A stretch of 64,000 nt of DNA from Ignisphaera sp. (GTDB lineage Archaea > Thermoproteota > Thermoprotei_A > Sulfolobales > Ignisphaeraceae): contig JAWBDT010000001.1 in the NCBI GenBank assembly GCA_038821645.1, forward strand, positions 1-64,000. Reading direction: 5' to 3'. The notes beneath the pieces were generated by a model. That model did not search any database and had not been told where the DNA came from. It saw only the letters and a program-made list of their open reading frames with translations. Position 1 is the first letter of the stretch, and each line of letters starts with the position of its first letter. The position numbers were made by a program, and so were the translations under genes. Below are positions 1 through 9,737 of the stretch, piece by piece.

Positions 1-20
1 AATTACCAGAATTTTCTACA

Positions 21-254
21 CTATCGTTCAACAACAATCAATGTTGTTGTACTTTTTATGTGGGGAAACCTTCTTATCTTAGCTATAACAGTATTCCTCA
101 AGGTATCAAAAGTATTTGCTTCAACAACAGCAACAACATCATATACACCGTAGACTATATGCACCTCCTTGACTTCAGGGATTTCAGATAAAGCTTTTGA
201 GACCTCTTCTTCAGTACCGACATCTGTATTTATCAGGATTATAGCTTTAGGCAT
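21..254 (-). CDS. Lrp/AsnC ligand-binding (RAM) domain protein, no HTH
   Basis: 77 aa with the 'IPEVKEVHIVYGVYDVVAVVE...IKSTTTLIV' AsnC C-terminal pattern. Confidence 0.85.
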   Translation of the reverse strand: MPKAIILINTDVGTEEEVSKALSEIPEVKEVHIVYGVYDVVAVVEANTFDTLRNTVIAKIRRFPHIKSTTTLIVVER

Positions 255-349
255 CTCTATCCCAATAACTACTACTCAATATAGCTATAAAAGTTTTATG
301 ATTTTTAAGTAACGAATATTCTATAGAGATTCGGTATGGGGTGAAGGTT

Positions 350-496
350 GTGGAAGAGGTGGATAGTTATTCGAAAGGACATGCTGTTAGAGTGTGTAGA
401 GAAAAATGTTTAGAAGTTAGTGTCTATGTGGAGGAACTAGACCTTTGTGTAAAAGAATGCGTAAGAAGTATAGTGGGTGATAATCATTCTAACTGA
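350..496 (+). CDS. small protein (48 aa; 51 aa from GTG 341) with twin CX3C motif
   Basis: Hand translation MEEVDSYSKGHAVRVCREKCLEVSVYVEELDLCVKECVRSIVGDNHSN*. A GGTGA SD-like sequence lies upstream and the ORF overlaps the next gene. It is below the ORF-track size cut-off. Confidence 0.6.
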   Translation: MEEVDSYSKGHAVRVCREKCLEVSVYVEELDLCVKECVRSIVGDNHSN

Positions 497-1310
497 GAGA
501 ATAAACTTAGCAGTAGATATAGGTTTCAATATATATGTATTTGGTAAAGGTTCTCCATGTATTGTGTTAATGTCAGGTGGAACTAAATCAGATGGATGTG
601 GCGTAGCAGTATTGCAGAAACTTGTCAAGGAGCTTAAGGATCTCTCTGTGCAAGGGACAATAAAGATTATTCCACAAATTAATGAATATTCATCAGTATT
701 CGATATAAATAAATGTTTAAAGAATAGATTAAAAGTTAGTTCACCTTTGTGTAGATTGATTGATAGAATGAAAGAAATGATATCAAATCAATGCATGGCA
801 ATAGAGATAGTATGCAGATCTAGCTTTATTCCTCACATAGTTGTTTCACCATATAAACCTCTAGATGATGTGATGCAAAGATTAGTCAAGTCTATACCTA
901 TAGATATTGTAGTTAACTATGAATTGAAAAGTTTAGGATTTAAGTTGGCTGAAAATAATTATAAAGTTGTAACAATAGTTGGTAGAGGTGGTAAGACTTT
1001 TGACTTAAATGATGTAGAGTATTTATATGATATCTTGTTAGATACCCTTACAAATCTAGGATTCATTAAGAGGAAAACTATATCGAAAACCATTGAGCAA
1101 AAGATCTTTAGTTCCTATAATCTCATCAAATGCACAAGTAGAGGATTATTCGTACCATCAGTACAGTCTGGATCCATAATTGAAAAAGGATCGATAATAG
1201 GTACAGTTAATGATGTAGAGATAAAGACTCAATATGATGGAGTAGTCCTATACATCTCTAGACCAAGATTATGCGATATAAACGAAACTGTCTGTATTAT
1301 CATATCGTAA
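477..1310 (+). CDS. succinylglutamate desuccinylase/aspartoacylase (M14)-like protein, catalytic motif degenerate
   Basis: 'GSPCIVLMSGG...GVAVLQKL...LSVQGTIKIIPQIN' matches the AstE/AspA N-terminus. 'RGLFVPSVQSGSIIEKGSIIG...YDGVV' is a C-terminal barrel-sandwich domain. The HGDE motif is absent. Confidence 0.6.
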   Translation: MIIILTERINLAVDIGFNIYVFGKGSPCIVLMSGGTKSDGCGVAVLQKLVKELKDLSVQGTIKIIPQINEYSSVFDINKCLKNRLKVSSPLCRLIDRMKEMISNQCMAIEIVCRSSFIPHIVVSPYKPLDDVMQRLVKSIPIDIVVNYELKSLGFKLAENNYKVVTIVGRGGKTFDLNDVEYLYDILLDTLTNLGFIKRKTISKTIEQKIFSSYNLIKCTSRGLFVPSVQSGSIIEKGSIIGTVNDVEIKTQYDGVVLYISRPRLCDINETVCIIIS

Positions 1311-1323
1311 GCTTAATGTAGAG

Positions 1324-1749
1324 CTATTCACCCATTACTGTTACATACACTGTTCTATTCGTTCTAGGTCCATCCATCTCTAAAACGAATATGTTTTGCC
1401 AAGTTCCCCGTACAAGTTCTCCATTAACTATTGGAAAAAGTCTATGAGATGAAATTATAGCTGAACCAATATGTGCATGGGCATTATCGTCTATAGAATT
1501 ATGTCTCCAATCTCTATTCGGCTGAGTTAATTCTTTAACAAAAGTGAGTATATCCTCTATAAGACCCATTTCATGCTCATTAGCGATAATCGCTACAGTT
1601 GCATGAGGTGCAAAAACCATACATAGCCCGTTCCTGACACCACTTTTATGTACAATCTCTTCAACTCTATACGTAATGTCTATAAGCTCAAATCTTCTTG
1701 ATGTTGAAAATCTTATTATCTCGTGGTGCACCTTCATTAATCTCACCAT
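1324..1749 (-). CDS. YjbQ/UPF0047 family protein (secondary thiamine-phosphate synthase family)
   Basis: 'PHAT...NE', 'DDNAHAH' and 'RGTWQNIFVLEMDGPR' motifs. Confidence 0.9.
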   Translation of the reverse strand: MVRLMKVHHEIIRFSTSRRFELIDITYRVEEIVHKSGVRNGLCMVFAPHATVAIIANEHEMGLIEDILTFVKELTQPNRDWRHNSIDDNAHAHIGSAIISSHRLFPIVNGELVRGTWQNIFVLEMDGPRTNRTVYVTVMGE

Positions 1750-1950
1750 TACTGTGAGTGAGAATTAAATGAAGTTTTTACTGCTGTAGTTAAAGTTAGT
1801 GTTCATGATGAAACAAATAAACGTATCGGTAGATCAGAGTATATATACATACCTGTTGAAAGAGAATGTCTCTGTCTCTTACTGGAAAGTTTATATACTA
1901 CTTAAGTAGCTAAATAAGCTGGGGACTATTGTTCAGCGAGGCGATTAAAA

Positions 1951-2718
1951 GTGAAACAGAAGCTGCCTGCTGCCATTAGCAATGTTCTGAAGGTATTTGA
2001 GAATCTGAGTGATTTTGCTGAATATCTGGATATAGTTTTCGATGGCTATGGAATTGTTATCACAAGAAAGAAAGGATTAGTCAAGCCTATCGAAGAAAAG
2101 CTATGGCTAACCTATTCTATAGTTAAATCTAATGATGAGTATGTGGTTACCTTTAGATTTAGTGGTTCTCTAGACCCTGTTAGTAGGGTTAGGATAAGGG
2201 GCAGCAAGAAAGGATGCGAAATAGTATCGGAGTGTATTAGTGATAAGAGTATTTGCTCATACATAGACAATATGTTGAAGAAGCTAGCAACTAATTTAGA
2301 TAAAATAGTTGAGAAAATGAATAAACAGGCAAAGAGCATCGATATGCAGATAACCAAATTCACGATGTCGTTAAGATATGCAAAGGTTATTGATGGTCTA
2401 GCTGAAGTAACGTTATCCTCTCTATATCTAAAGTATCCACTTCTAGAAAGAAGAAAAGCAAAACTAGATGATGTGAAGAATCTGGATGAATTTTTAGATA
2501 AAATATATAAGAGATACAGTCCTCTAGTTAGAGAAGTATATGTTCATGTGAGTGATACAAATTGGATGTTCATACTTGCAGTTGATTTAGAAAACATGGT
2601 ATATACACCAAGTTTTATAGAGGACACGTTTAGAGTAGTTGGTAAAGAAGCTGTAGAAAGATTCCTGAATAAACAAGAAGACTATGTCACAATAACGATA
2701 CTAACAATGCAGAGTTAA
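1951..2718 (+). CDS. hypothetical protein
   Basis: 255 aa ORF with normal composition and a TATA-like sequence upstream (~1890). Confidence 0.6.
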   Translation: MKQKLPAAISNVLKVFENLSDFAEYLDIVFDGYGIVITRKKGLVKPIEEKLWLTYSIVKSNDEYVVTFRFSGSLDPVSRVRIRGSKKGCEIVSECISDKSICSYIDNMLKKLATNLDKIVEKMNKQAKSIDMQITKFTMSLRYAKVIDGLAEVTLSSLYLKYPLLERRKAKLDDVKNLDEFLDKIYKRYSPLVREVYVHVSDTNWMFILAVDLENMVYTPSFIEDTFRVVGKEAVERFLNKQEDYVTITILTMQS

Positions 2719-2893
2719 GAACTTCAAATAAGTAGGAATAGCTATCCAGATATAGTAGTCATAGATAATATAATCGTTGCTATTGTTTTGCTACAGATAA
2801 ATAACATAGATCTCATTGATGCTCTATACCAAAAAGCTTTATATTTAAGTGTACCAATATTGTCTTAGCTGATACATTATTGAGCTTTAGTAT

Positions 2894-3616
2894 GTGAGTT
2901 GTATGAGTGTTGAAAGAATAGTAACCGGTATTAAAGTTCTCGATAATCTTCTACCTAATGGTATCCCAAGGAATTCATTCATAGTTATTGCAGGTCCTGG
3001 AGGTTCAGGTAAATCTTTTCTTGTTGTAAATATAGCGAAGCAATTCTTATTAAGAAATGAACCTGCTATATATGTAACATTTGATGAAGATCCACTAACT
3101 GTAGCATCAATAATAAGCTTTATTGGTGTGGATCTATATAGGTACTTGGGAGATAAGCTGTTTATGATAATTGATGGCTATAGTTTCCGTATAAAGGATA
3201 GAGAAGGCAAAATGCATATAGCTGTAGTTGAAGAAGTTGATCCACAGAATACTGAACAAGTCCTCTATACAGTTATGCAGACAGTAGATAGAATTGATAT
3301 TAGGAATAGAGGTGTAATTGTAATAGATTCTCTAAATGAGTTTCTATCCTATCATGAACATCATAGAGTAGCAGAATTCATCAAGAACTTTAGAGCCAAT
3401 ATAGCGAAGTATAGAGGTATACTCACGCTAGCTATACTTCATACTTCAACAGATAAAGCTAAACAACTTCTAACTCTTGTAGAACACGTAGCTGATGGTA
3501 TCATATTAGTGGATAGACTGATCAAGGATAACACCATAGTTAAAAGCATAATTATACAGAGAATGAAGGGTGTAGAACATAAGTTGATGAGACTAGAGTA
3601 TACATCAATTGAATGA
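2894..3616 (+). CDS. KaiC/RAD55-like RecA-superfamily ATPase
   Basis: 'TGIKVLDNLL.GIP', Walker A GPGGSGKS, Walker B VIVIDS, 'EHVADGII'. Confidence 0.9.
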   Translation: MSCMSVERIVTGIKVLDNLLPNGIPRNSFIVIAGPGGSGKSFLVVNIAKQFLLRNEPAIYVTFDEDPLTVASIISFIGVDLYRYLGDKLFMIIDGYSFRIKDREGKMHIAVVEEVDPQNTEQVLYTVMQTVDRIDIRNRGVIVIDSLNEFLSYHEHHRVAEFIKNFRANIAKYRGILTLAILHTSTDKAKQLLTLVEHVADGIILVDRLIKDNTIVKSIIIQRMKGVEHKLMRLEYTSIE

Positions 3617-3720
3617 AGTCTAAATACTAAATGCGATACTAATAAACTCTGAATCAAGAAACTTAAACAGCTGTATACTTAATCACCATATACCTACACC
3701 ATAGTGATATACAACAATTA

Positions 3721-4298
3721 TCACAGAAAAATGAAAAGTAAAATTCATCGGGATACACTATTCCTAAATATTCTGTAACCATCGAGAGGGGTAAGGGTAA
3801 TAAATTAAAAAGCTTAGAAATGCATTAACTTGACTAGTAATTCGTATAAATGTGTATAGATAACCAATAGATGGTATAGAACTTAAGATTATACATATAA
3901 AGTCTATCACAATATTTGCTAAAGAACTTATTAAAGATACAAATATCTCTATTCTTGACGAATACCACGGAAATATAACCTCTATAGCTTCAAGTATAGC
4001 AAAATATCCTTAACAATATATCCTTTTGAGGCTATAGATATAAGGAGGGTTATGATTAGACCTAGATACTACACTCTATATTTTAAATATCCAAAACATT
4101 TAGCTACATATCCATATGCAAAGTTATGGATTAGAACCCCTATACCTATTGCAGTAAACGTTGATAGAACAAGTCTGTAACGAGAGGACAATAGATGTTT
4201 TATTGAAAAACAAAACCGATAACGATGGCTGATGACATCAGATCTATATACTCTCTGAAACGGTCTCTATGGTGTCCATACCTTTGGGTATTTCTCAT
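3721..4298 (-). pseudogene. decayed M50 (site-2 protease) membrane metalloprotease
   Basis: Manual translation across stops and frameshifts gives 'FREYIDL', 'IGIGVLIHNFAYGYVAKCFGY.KYRV*YLGLIITLLISIASKG', 'FVSLISSLANIVI' and 'FNLLPLP/LDGYRIFR'. This is the NxxPxxxLDG motif, with HExxH eroded to HNFAY. Confidence 0.8.
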
Positions 4299-4464
4299 AA
4301 ATGCCTATTTTTAACCCTTTTCCTAGAGGTAGAATAGTATGAATCTAGATTATACTGATATATCAACATCACTATACCTCATATCCAGCATCTATATACT
4401 TCAATAGATGCGTATTCTTAATTTAAATTTTCACAGCTGTGGTTGAGATACATGGTAGAGATGT

Positions 4465-5169
4465 ATGGGTACTGTAGGTTTTTGTGATAATATAGATATG
4501 GTTGTTGAGCTTGATCATAATGTAAGGTCTCTAGGGATACATATAGCGTACACAATATCTTGGAAAGACTCGGAAAAGTTGTTTGAAGGATATCCTTTTG
4601 AAGATGATATCAGAAACCTTATAACCTATGTAAAATCAAGATATACTCTAGACATACTAAGAAATGATAGAATTGTTAGAGCTTATAGAGATTTCTTCTG
4701 GAGACTCGGTATAGATCCTACAAAAACTAGACCTGCGAGTGAAGCTCTAGTTAGAAGAGCTCTAAGAGATCAGTTTCCACGTATTAACCCTGTTGTTGAT
4801 GCAGGAAACATAGCCTCAGCTTACACAATGGTGCCTATAGGTATGTACGATCTAGATAAGGTTTCTCTTCCTTTAACCATAAAATTTAGTCAAGGAGGAG
4901 AAAGATTTAAGCCTATAGGTGGTGGAGAAGAAGTTTTAGAGAAAGATACACCTATACTTGTTGATAGTAAAGGTACTGTTATGCACATATATCCACATAG
5001 AGATTCTATAGAAACATGTGTAACAGAAAATACAACAAAAATAGTGACTATAGCTGCAGGAGTTGCGGGAATTGAGAAAGAACTTGTTATGAGAGCAGTA
5101 TCGATTGTTGTAGAGCTTCTACAAAAAATAGGGTGGAGTTCATGTAATCTTATTATATATAAGGATTGA
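4465..5169 (+). CDS. stand-alone B3/B4 domain protein (PheRS-beta editing-domain-like)
   Basis: 'AYRDFFWRLGIDPTKTRPASEALVRR...PRINPVVDAGN...PIGMYDLD'. Confidence 0.9.
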   Translation: MGTVGFCDNIDMVVELDHNVRSLGIHIAYTISWKDSEKLFEGYPFEDDIRNLITYVKSRYTLDILRNDRIVRAYRDFFWRLGIDPTKTRPASEALVRRALRDQFPRINPVVDAGNIASAYTMVPIGMYDLDKVSLPLTIKFSQGGERFKPIGGGEEVLEKDTPILVDSKGTVMHIYPHRDSIETCVTENTTKIVTIAAGVAGIEKELVMRAVSIVVELLQKIGWSSCNLIIYKD

Positions 5170-5175
5170 GAGATT

Positions 5176-6444
5176 CTACATAGCCTTCTTTCTTCCTACA
5201 CGAAGTTTCAGGGTGAATATTGTTTCGCTATTTACAATTCTTCTTATAACCATAAACATAATCACTCCATAAACTAAGTTTGAGAGCGAGGATATCGCTA
5301 GAGCTGTAATATCCTGCACTACAGCTATCTTAGGTATGAAGACAGTATTAGCTAGAGGTACAAATGAGAGTGTTAATCTGATGCTAGGCGATGATGATAT
5401 ATCTACAAACATTGGTAGATATACAGCTATAATTGTAGGTCCAATAACGTTTCCGAGAATTGCTTGAGCAGATCTCACATCTTCAGCAAAAAGACTTAGG
5501 AGGAGGGCTACTGATACCATGAATATAGCTAATCCTACAACGTTTAGCAAGATGTATATCCCAATATCACTTGGTAGTGACATTGCTAAAGGTATTTCTT
5601 GAAGCGATTCGAAACCAGGTATAGATCTGAATAGGAGTCCAAATAATGCAAAACTGTATCCAATCATATATATGGCGCCTATTGCTATAGAGACAAGAAG
5701 TTTAGCTCCAATAACACACATTCTGTTTATCGGTAATGAGAGTAATGTTTCAAACATTTTCTCCTCTTTCTCTACAGCCATACTAGTAGCTACAAGTTGT
5801 GCAGAGAATATTACTAACATAAGTATTATCAATGGTATGAACAATCCTCCCATAGTTAGAGCAAAAACAATGTTACTCGGATTATCGATAATTCTATCTG
5901 CTAAAAGTCCACGAGTAGCACCAGTAATAGCTTCTCCAATAAATTCTGGTGGAATACCTTTTTCACTAGCAACTGTTTTAATGATATAGCTATTGAAGAG
6001 ACTTACATATCTTGAAGCTATATCTACTATACCACCTTCACCTATCGTTAATGCGCCAAGCTTAACATACACATGTACAACAGATGGTCTAAGGCTAGAT
6101 AGATTGTAACTGAATCTGGGAGGAATAATGTAGAGTATCTTAGCCTCAAGACCTTTAAAGATCTCTATAGCTTCATCTACATTAGTACTGTTAATGATTA
6201 TGGTTTTAAGTCCTAGTGAACTCAAATAATTTATGAAGATCTGTGAATAGTTTTCTCCATCCATGTCAAATACAGCTACTATACCGCTTTCTCTAATTGT
6301 TTGTTCTATTTGTTGTATCATACCTTGACCTATAATAAAGTAGAGTATTGTCATAAGTATCAAGGGCACTATAACCATGGCTATAAGTAGCTTTGGATCT
6401 CTAATGATGCTTTTCAATTCTTTAACTACAAAAAGCCAAAACAC
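5176..6444 (-). CDS. ABC-2 type exporter permease (NatB-like)
   Basis: 'KELKSIIRD' and 'SMAVEKEEKMFETLLSLP' motifs, multiple TM segments. Confidence 0.88.
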   Translation of the reverse strand: MFWLFVVKELKSIIRDPKLLIAMVIVPLILMTILYFIIGQGMIQQIEQTIRESGIVAVFDMDGENYSQIFINYLSSLGLKTIIINSTNVDEAIEIFKGLEAKILYIIPPRFSYNLSSLRPSVVHVYVKLGALTIGEGGIVDIASRYVSLFNSYIIKTVASEKGIPPEFIGEAITGATRGLLADRIIDNPSNIVFALTMGGLFIPLIILMLVIFSAQLVATSMAVEKEEKMFETLLSLPINRMCVIGAKLLVSIAIGAIYMIGYSFALFGLLFRSIPGFESLQEIPLAMSLPSDIGIYILLNVVGLAIFMVSVALLLSLFAEDVRSAQAILGNVIGPTIIAVYLPMFVDISSSPSIRLTLSFVPLANTVFIPKIAVVQDITALAISSLSNLVYGVIMFMVIRRIVNSETIFTLKLRVGRKKAM

Positions 6445-6446
6445 AT

Positions 6447-7187
6447 CTATCTACCTCTTGAAACAAGTTTTACAAAAACTTCCTCAAGATTAGAAACACT
6501 ATGCTCCTCTATGAGTTGTTTAGGAGACCCTATAGCCAATATCTTGCCTTCATGAATTATTGCTACACGATCACATAGGTACTCAACCTCAAGCATATTA
6601 TGGCTACTAAGAAGAATAGTGCCTCCAACTTCTCTAACATACCTCTTTATGGCTTCTCTAACATGTACAGCGTTAATAACGTCGAGACCTGATGTAGGTT
6701 CATCCAGTATAGCTAGTTTAGGCTTAACCATAAGGGTTTTAGCTATCAATAATCTCCTAAGCATACCCTTACTGTAAGTCTTAATCTTATTACTCAATTT
6801 ATCACCAAGACCACTAAGCTCTATACCTATAGACAGAAACTCCTTAATCTCATGAAGATTTTTTGCATAAAGCTTCGATATAAACTCTAGAAACTCAAAA
6901 CCAGTAAGATACTTGTATCCACCAGCATCTTCAGGTAGGTATGATATTATTTTCCTAACCTTATCAGCATCCTTAACAACATCATATCCACCAACAATCA
7001 CCTTACCAGAAGTGGGTTGAAGAATTGTGGCTATAATCCTTAATGTAGTTGTTTTTCCAGCTCCATTAGGACCTATCAAACCGAATATCTCGCCTGATTT
7101 AACGTAGAAGCTTATACCATCAACAGCTCTAAAACTCTTCTGATAAATTTTGACAAGGTTTTCAACAATAACAATGGATGTCTCCAT
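6447..7187 (-). CDS. ABC transporter ATP-binding protein (NatA-like)
   Basis: GPNGAGKTT, YSKGM signature, LDEPTSGLD, SSH; start set at METS. Confidence 0.92.
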   Translation of the reverse strand: METSIVIVENLVKIYQKSFRAVDGISFYVKSGEIFGLIGPNGAGKTTTLRIIATILQPTSGKVIVGGYDVVKDADKVRKIISYLPEDAGGYKYLTGFEFLEFISKLYAKNLHEIKEFLSIGIELSGLGDKLSNKIKTYSKGMLRRLLIAKTLMVKPKLAILDEPTSGLDVINAVHVREAIKRYVREVGGTILLSSHNMLEVEYLCDRVAIIHEGKILAIGSPKQLIEEHSVSNLEEVFVKLVSRGR

Positions 7188-7283
7188 AGATATGACCAAG
7201 ATTTGAGCTATGTTCAAGAGAAATAAATCGTGATTAAGAGTATAAATATTTTTGCTAAATATAAAGAGATTTAGGTGTAGTAT

Positions 7284-7613
7284 TTGTATCGCATAGTATA
7301 TGAGATTCGTCTTAAAGGAATACCTAACGAAATGGAATGTTTAGCCAAACTTCATGAAGCTATTAAGAATGTATCTACATGTATAGGTTCTGCAACAACT
7401 TTTGTGTGCTTCTATAAAAATGTATTAGTTAAGCTTATGCCTAAACACATAGATAAAGCATATCAACCATCTGTAGCATATGAACCACTTCTACAGACTA
7501 TATCAATTAGTCTTATTATCGAGAGTAAGTCAGTTAAGTATATTCCTGAAATAGTTGAGAGTATCTATAGTTTTGCGAAGAATTGTGGATTAGCTTTACA
7601 GCTAGTGGAATAA
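7284..7613 (+). CDS. hypothetical protein
   Basis: 109 aa ORF with an AGGTG SD-like sequence upstream. Confidence 0.55.
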   Translation: MYRIVYEIRLKGIPNEMECLAKLHEAIKNVSTCIGSATTFVCFYKNVLVKLMPKHIDKAYQPSVAYEPLLQTISISLIIESKSVKYIPEIVESIYSFAKNCGLALQLVE

Positions 7614-7664
7614 CGTTAAACTATATATATATTTGAATGTCTGTATAAATGTTGAGGTGTCTTT

Positions 7665-8606
7665 ATGGATTTAAAGGATTTGAGTCACAGAATTGCAGAT
7701 ATCATCGAGGATGTTAGAGAAAGTGTTGTAACAATTTCAACGGTTAAACTTGGTCTCGATGAGCTTTTCGGTATAACACCTGTAAAAGGTGTAGGATCTG
7801 GTTTTGTGATTCATAACAAAGGCTATATAGTTACAAACAGTCACGTAGTTAGAAACGCTTCTAGAGTTATGGTAGTATTGCCTGATGGTGAAAGCATTGA
7901 AGGTAGAGTTCTAGCTTCAGATCCTCAAAAAGATCTAGCTTTACTAAAGATAGATATAGAAGGTCTAAAGCAATTAGCTCTAGGGGATTCAGATAAAGTT
8001 AGAGTTGGTGAACTGGTTTTTGCTATAGGTTCACCCCTAGGATTACCAGGATCTACAGTCACCATGGGCATAGTTAGTGCAGTTAATAGAACAATAGTAG
8101 GTGAAAACATTATTCTTGAAGATCTCATACAAACAGATGCTGCAATAAATCCCGGAAATAGTGGTGGCCCTCTAGTAAATGTTGATGGAGAAGCTATAGG
8201 CGTGACCACAGCCATAATCCCCTATGCACAAGGAATAGGTTTCGCTATACCGATCAATACCGTCAAAAGATTTCTAGACATTATAGCCAAATATGGTAGA
8301 CCAGTTATGGTATGGATAGGTGTGTATGTTGCTCCTATAAATAGACAAACTGCTGTAATGTATGGATTACCTGTTGAAGAAGGATTAGTTGTTGTTGATG
8401 TTGTTAGAGGAGGACCAGCATATAGTGTTGGGATCAGGAGAGGAGATATAATAGTGAAAGCAAACAATAAAAAGGTTGTTAGCGCTCGGGATTTAAGATC
8501 AGCAGTTGAAGAATCTATAGATAGAGGTTATGTAAGGCTTGATGTTGTTAGAGGAGGTAGAGTCTATACTCTTGAGGTACCTATAGCAATAGAGGAAGTA
8601 GAGTAA
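7665..8606 (+). CDS. htrA: HtrA/DegP-family serine protease with PDZ domain
   Basis: GSGF, TNSHVV, DLALL, 'IQTDAAINPGNSGGPL' and a C-terminal PDZ; no evident signal peptide. Confidence 0.95.
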   Translation: MDLKDLSHRIADIIEDVRESVVTISTVKLGLDELFGITPVKGVGSGFVIHNKGYIVTNSHVVRNASRVMVVLPDGESIEGRVLASDPQKDLALLKIDIEGLKQLALGDSDKVRVGELVFAIGSPLGLPGSTVTMGIVSAVNRTIVGENIILEDLIQTDAAINPGNSGGPLVNVDGEAIGVTTAIIPYAQGIGFAIPINTVKRFLDIIAKYGRPVMVWIGVYVAPINRQTAVMYGLPVEEGLVVVDVVRGGPAYSVGIRRGDIIVKANNKKVVSARDLRSAVEESIDRGYVRLDVVRGGRVYTLEVPIAIEEVE

Positions 8607-8749
8607 TTAACACTAAGTTATGCTATCAACATGGATTACATAGACAATATAGATGATTGCTGTTGATAGTGTATAGTGTTGTGTGAATCATAATGAGTGT
8701 AAATAGAGAGTTGATACAATAATGATGAGATGAATTTAGTTATAAATTA

Positions 8750-9718
8750 ATGTTTATGGTTAGATACATGACTATCTATGTAGCTGGAAGAATCAATATC
8801 GATATATTTATAGAGATAGACGGGATACTAAGTAGGGGTAGGAAATATAGAGGTAGAATCCTATTTACCGATGTAGGAGGTACAGCAGCTAATATAGCTA
8901 CATCTATAGCTAGGATAGATAAAAACCTTAAACCAAAACTTTTGGGAGCTGTAGGCAGGGACTATGAACAATTCGTTTACGAGAAACTAGGTCTTGAGGG
9001 AATAGATCTACAGCATCTTAAGGTTTTAGAAGGAGAAACAGGTAAGGCATACATATTTATGGAACCAGGCGGTGAATCAACAATAATTACTCTTCCAGGT
9101 GTTAACGATCTATACGAAGAGCATTATGTACCTAACAGAATTGATGATGCAAAGGCTCTAGCGATATGCAATACAACACGTTCTGTAGCAATTAAACTAA
9201 TAGAAATGGCTAGAATCACCGATATACCTATATTTATAGATCCTCACAATCTTTGGCCAGATATAGTGGAATTTATTAAGAGAACTAGTAGAACATGTTT
9301 CTATCTACCAAATGAACACGAACTAGCTATATATGCAAAAGTTGATGTAGATAACATATTTAGCATCAAAAAATATTCTGAAGAAATAGGATGTTCGATC
9401 ATAGTTAAGATGGGGGAAAAAGGTGCCATAGGTATTCATGATAGTAATGTGATAAAGGTATCAGCTCTACCTCTAGAAGGACTTGGACTCAAGGTTTTAT
9501 CAACAGCAGGTTGTGGCGATACATTTACAGGTGTCTTTATAGCTGTGTATCTAAAGAAACAAGATGTTGTTGAAGCACTTAAGTATGCAACTGTAGCTGC
9601 AGGTGTCAAGGCTACAAGGATCTCTTCAAGAGCATCTCCATCAATGAATGAGCTCTTAAATGTTGTAGAGATTGTAGAAAGAAGAAACCTTATCGATTTA
9701 AAGATTATGGAGATTTAG
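8750..9718 (+). CDS. PfkB/ribokinase-family carbohydrate kinase
   Basis: GGTAANIA, PNEHE and 'STAGCGDTF' PfkB signatures. Confidence 0.9.
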   Translation: MFMVRYMTIYVAGRINIDIFIEIDGILSRGRKYRGRILFTDVGGTAANIATSIARIDKNLKPKLLGAVGRDYEQFVYEKLGLEGIDLQHLKVLEGETGKAYIFMEPGGESTIITLPGVNDLYEEHYVPNRIDDAKALAICNTTRSVAIKLIEMARITDIPIFIDPHNLWPDIVEFIKRTSRTCFYLPNEHELAIYAKVDVDNIFSIKKYSEEIGCSIIVKMGEKGAIGIHDSNVIKVSALPLEGLGLKVLSTAGCGDTFTGVFIAVYLKKQDVVEALKYATVAAGVKATRISSRASPSMNELLNVVEIVERRNLIDLKIMEI

Positions 9719-9737
9719 GAGATTTTGTCTAATCTAT

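Noticed and set aside
1805-1860. ATGATGA box-C-like word in an intergenic region (another at ~8722)
   Set aside because: No matching D/D' (CTGA) boxes at guide-RNA spacing.
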